Below are positions 29,180 through 32,000 of a DNA stretch of 32,000 nucleotides, piece by piece. This DNA is from Mycolicibacterium smegmatis. GTDB lineage: Bacteria; Actinomycetota; Actinomycetes; Mycobacteriales; Mycobacteriaceae. The position numbers and the translations under genes were made by a program. A model generated the notes under the pieces. It ran no database searches. It was not told where the DNA came from and saw only the letters and a list, made by a program, of their open reading frames with translations. The stretch is from positions 750,001-782,000 of the forward strand of contig NZ_LN831039.1 of assembly GCF_001457595.1 (NCBI RefSeq), in the 5' to 3' direction. Position 1 is the first letter of the stretch. Every line of letters begins with the position of its first letter.

Positions 29180-30568
29180 GTGTCCTCGTCAATCGTCGGC
29201 TCCGCAGCGCAAGACGTCTCAAGCGACCGGGTCGACAGACTGATCGCCGATGAGGAACAGGTGTTCCTGCGCCGCCAGCCGCGCAGCGCGGAATTGATCG
29301 CACGCGCCCGTGAGCATCTCGCAGGCGGCGCGACGTCGAACTGGCAGATCGCCCAACCGCAGGCGGTGTGGTTGAGCCACGGGCACGGGTCCAAGGTGTA
29401 CGACGTCGACGGGACGGAGTACGTCGACATGCACGGCGGCTATGGCGCCTCGATCGCCGGGCACGCTCATCCCGCGATCGTCGACGCCGTGAGCCAACAG
29501 ATCCGACGCGGAACGCATTTCGCGCAGCCGACCGAGAACGCGATCTGGATCGCCGAGGAACTCTCGCGGCGTTTCGACCTGCCGCTGTGGCGCTTCGCCA
29601 ACTCCGGGACCGAGGCGACCATGGACGCGGTCCACCTCGCGCGGGCCGTCACCGGCCGCGACCTGATCATCAAGGTCGAGGGCTGCTACCACGGCCACCA
29701 CGACTCGGTGCAGGTGTCCGTGCTGCCGGAGCCCGACGAGGTCGGTCCCCGAGAGCATCCGGTGGGTGTTCCCGGCAACACCGGTATCCCCGAGGCGATC
29801 CGCAACCTCGTGGTCGTCGTCCCGTTCAACGACATCGAGGCCGTGGCGCGGGCGCTCACCGAGCACCGTGGACAGGTGGCCGCGATGATCCTGGAACCGG
29901 TGATGATGAACGCGGGCATCATCCCGCCGGCCCACGGTTACCTCGCCGGGATCCGGGATCTGCTGCACGAGGCCGGATCGCTGCTCATCTACGACGAGGT
30001 CAAGACCGGGTTCACCACCGGCCCGGGCGGCGTCACCGCCTCGAGTGGGGTGGTGCCCGACATCGTCTGTCTCGCCAAGGCGCTCGGCGGGGGTATCGCC
30101 GTCGCGGCCATCGGCGGCACCACGCGCGTCATGTCGGCCATCGCCGACGGACGCTACGAACAGGTCGGCACGTTCAACGGCAACCCCCTGGCGATGGCGG
30201 CCACCCGCGCCACCCTGAGCGAGGTGCTCACCGACGAGGCGTACGCGCATCTGGACTCTCTGGCCGCAGACCTGCGCGAGCGGTTGACGAGCGTGATCAC
30301 CGAGCACGGGGTTGACTGGCACGTGGTGGCCGTCGGCGCGAAAGGGTGCGTGACCTTCCGCAAGGAACCGGTGCGGGAATATCGTGATTTCCTGCAGATC
30401 GACGACCGCCTCGGCCATCTGCACTGGCTGATGCAGCACAACGGCGGTGTTTTCCTGCCGCCATGGGGGAAGGTGGAGCAATGGCTGCTGTCCGTCCAGC
30501 ACGACACCGCCGATGTCGACCGGTTCGTCGCCAACTTCGCACGCCTCGCCGCGGCGGTGGCCAACTGA
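29180..30568 (+). CDS. Class III PLP-dependent aminotransferase (glutamate-1-semialdehyde aminomutase-like)
   Basis: [91 protein letters not shown]. Confidence 0.9.
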   Translation: MSSSIVGSAAQDVSSDRVDRLIADEEQVFLRRQPRSAELIARAREHLAGGATSNWQIAQPQAVWLSHGHGSKVYDVDGTEYVDMHGGYGASIAGHAHPAIVDAVSQQIRRGTHFAQPTENAIWIAEELSRRFDLPLWRFANSGTEATMDAVHLARAVTGRDLIIKVEGCYHGHHDSVQVSVLPEPDEVGPREHPVGVPGNTGIPEAIRNLVVVVPFNDIEAVARALTEHRGQVAAMILEPVMMNAGIIPPAHGYLAGIRDLLHEAGSLLIYDEVKTGFTTGPGGVTASSGVVPDIVCLAKALGGGIAVAAIGGTTRVMSAIADGRYEQVGTFNGNPLAMAATRATLSEVLTDEAYAHLDSLAADLRERLTSVITEHGVDWHVVAVGAKGCVTFRKEPVREYRDFLQIDDRLGHLHWLMQHNGGVFLPPWGKVEQWLLSVQHDTADVDRFVANFARLAAAVAN

Positions 30569-30584
30569 GCGCGGAGGCCGGCCG

Positions 30585-31742
30585 GTGACCGGCGGTGCCA
30601 TCCGCCTGCACCAGTTGGCCAAGGCGTTCGAAGGGGTGCCCGCGGTCGCCGGTATCGACCTGGACATTCCTGCCGGACAGTTCTATTCGCTGCTCGGCGC
30701 GTCCGGCTGCGGCAAGACCACCACGCTGCGCATGATCGCCGGATTCGAGAAGCCCGACTCGGGCCGCATCGAACTCGACGGCCGCGACGTCGCGAGCGAC
30801 CCGCCCCACAAACGTCCCGTCAACACCGTCTTCCAGACCTACGCGCTGTTCCCGTTCATGAGCGTGTGGGACAACGTCGCCTTCGGCCTGCGCTACCAGA
30901 AGGCCCCGCGCGCCGAGGTCACCCGCCGCGTCGGAGAGGCCCTCGAACTGGTCCGCATGGCGGAGTTCGCCAAACGCAAACCCGCACAACTGTCCGGTGG
31001 ACAGCAGCAGCGAGTGGCACTCGCGCGCGCCCTGGTGCTGCGGCCCAGGGTGCTTCTGCTCGACGAACCGCTCGGGGCGCTCGACGCCAAGCTGCGCAAG
31101 CAGTTGCAGCTCGAACTGCGGGCCCTGCAGCGCGAGGTCGGCATCACGTTCGTGTACGTCACGCACGACCAGGAAGAAGCGCTCACGATGAGCGACCAGA
31201 TCGCGGTGATGGCCGAGGGGCGCGTCGAACAGGTCGGCGCACCCACCGAGATCTATTCGGCCCCCGCCACGACGTACGTCGCCGGATTTCTGGGCGCTGC
31301 CAACATCTTCGACGCCGAGCTCACCGAGGCGCCGGGGGCGACCGGCGGTGCGGCGGTGTGCACCGCGATGTCGACGCGACTGAGCGCCTGGGTGGACGGC
31401 GCTGCGGCGCCGGGTCCGGCCGCGATCGTCATCCGCCCCGAGCGCATCACGCTCCAGGGCCCCGACGAGCCCGTCGCGGCGGGTAGCAACGTCATCACGG
31501 GAACCGTGTCACACGTGGTGTACCTGGGTGCCTCGACGCAGGTCCATGTCGACGTGGGGGAGGCCAATTGGCTGGTGGTCGAGGTGCCCAATCATGCCGG
31601 GCCGCAGTCGGTGAGCCAGCAGGCCGGCGCGCGGGTGCACTGCGTGTGCACCCCGGACGCGGTTCGCGTGTTGACACGCAGCCCGGTTGCGGTGATCGCC
31701 GACCCGGTGGTGGAGCCGGAAACCGCGCTCAGCGCGCACTGA
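30585..31742 (+). CDS. ABC transporter ATP-binding protein, spermidine/putrescine type (PotA-like)
   Basis: [85 protein letters not shown]-terminal TOBE domain. GTG start at 30585 preceded by GCGGAGG. Confidence 0.93.
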   Translation: MTGGAIRLHQLAKAFEGVPAVAGIDLDIPAGQFYSLLGASGCGKTTTLRMIAGFEKPDSGRIELDGRDVASDPPHKRPVNTVFQTYALFPFMSVWDNVAFGLRYQKAPRAEVTRRVGEALELVRMAEFAKRKPAQLSGGQQQRVALARALVLRPRVLLLDEPLGALDAKLRKQLQLELRALQREVGITFVYVTHDQEEALTMSDQIAVMAEGRVEQVGAPTEIYSAPATTYVAGFLGAANIFDAELTEAPGATGGAAVCTAMSTRLSAWVDGAAAPGPAAIVIRPERITLQGPDEPVAAGSNVITGTVSHVVYLGASTQVHVDVGEANWLVVEVPNHAGPQSVSQQAGARVHCVCTPDAVRVLTRSPVAVIADPVVEPETALSAH

Positions 31743-31748
31743 GCGCGG

Positions 31749-32000
31749 TCAGCGGCGGCGCGGCTGCGAAGCCTTGGCCGACTTGGTGGCCTTCGCGGGC
31801 TTGCGGCCCGAGGCCTTCTTGGGCGGCAGATCGAGCTCACGCTCGCAAAACCGCATCGCGATCTGGTAGGCGACCTCCGCGTCGACCTCGGGATCATCGA
31901 GGGCCACCTGGATGGACAACCCGTCGAGCAGGGCCGAGAACTCCAGGGCGAAGAGCTTGGCGTCCACACCGCTGCGCAGCTCGCCGGGTTCGGCGGATTC
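31749..32000 (-). CDS. C-terminal part of TetR-family (BetI-like C-domain) regulator with Lys/Ala-rich tail; truncated by window edge
   Basis: Frame stays open to 32000: ESAEPGELRSGVDAKLFALEFSALLDGLSIQVALDDPEVDAEVAYQIAMRFCERELDLPPKKASGRKPAKATKSAKASQPRRR. Confidence 0.6.
   Translation of the reverse strand, partial: ESAEPGELRSGVDAKLFALEFSALLDGLSIQVALDDPEVDAEVAYQIAMRFCERELDLPPKKASGRKPAKATKSAKASQPRRR

Noticed and set aside
29180-30568. Assignment as genuine hemL (glutamate-1-semialdehyde aminomutase for haem synthesis)
   Set aside because: Family resemblance only; the context with an ABC importer and Rieske oxygenase favours a catabolic aminotransferase, so no symbol was assigned.
29219-30667. 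482-aa minus-strand ORF
   Set aside because: Antisense to the class III aminotransferase.

Overview
32 kb, high-GC actinobacterial chromosome window, most consistent with a fast-growing mycobacterium (Mycobacterium/Mycolicibacterium smegmatis-like). Backbone genes: PAP2 phosphatase, convergent PAP2-diacylglycerol kinase fusion, secreted L,D-transpeptidase-like protein, SnoaL-like protein, FAD oxidoreductase-Rieske fusion, membrane-anchored Hsp70-like/PT-rich protein, exported GH16 glucanase, exported M15-like protein, CopD-like protein. Three transporter operons are interspersed: (i) an Opp/Dpp-type peptide ABC operon in the order A-C-B-D-F; (ii) a phnDCE operon with divergent phnF and clear operator sequences; (iii) a divergent spermidine/putrescine-type ABC cluster combined with a Rieske oxygenase, a class III aminotransferase and two TetR genes. 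No rRNA, tRNA, CRISPR, transposase, prophage or defence system was recognised. The most interesting items are the transporter/Rieske/aminotransferase cluster with a TetR-like palindrome in its divergent promoter, the double-length PhnE, the stacked PhnF/RegX3-like sites, and the Hsp70-like single-pass membrane protein. All product names come from reading motifs and family resemblance; no database search was run.
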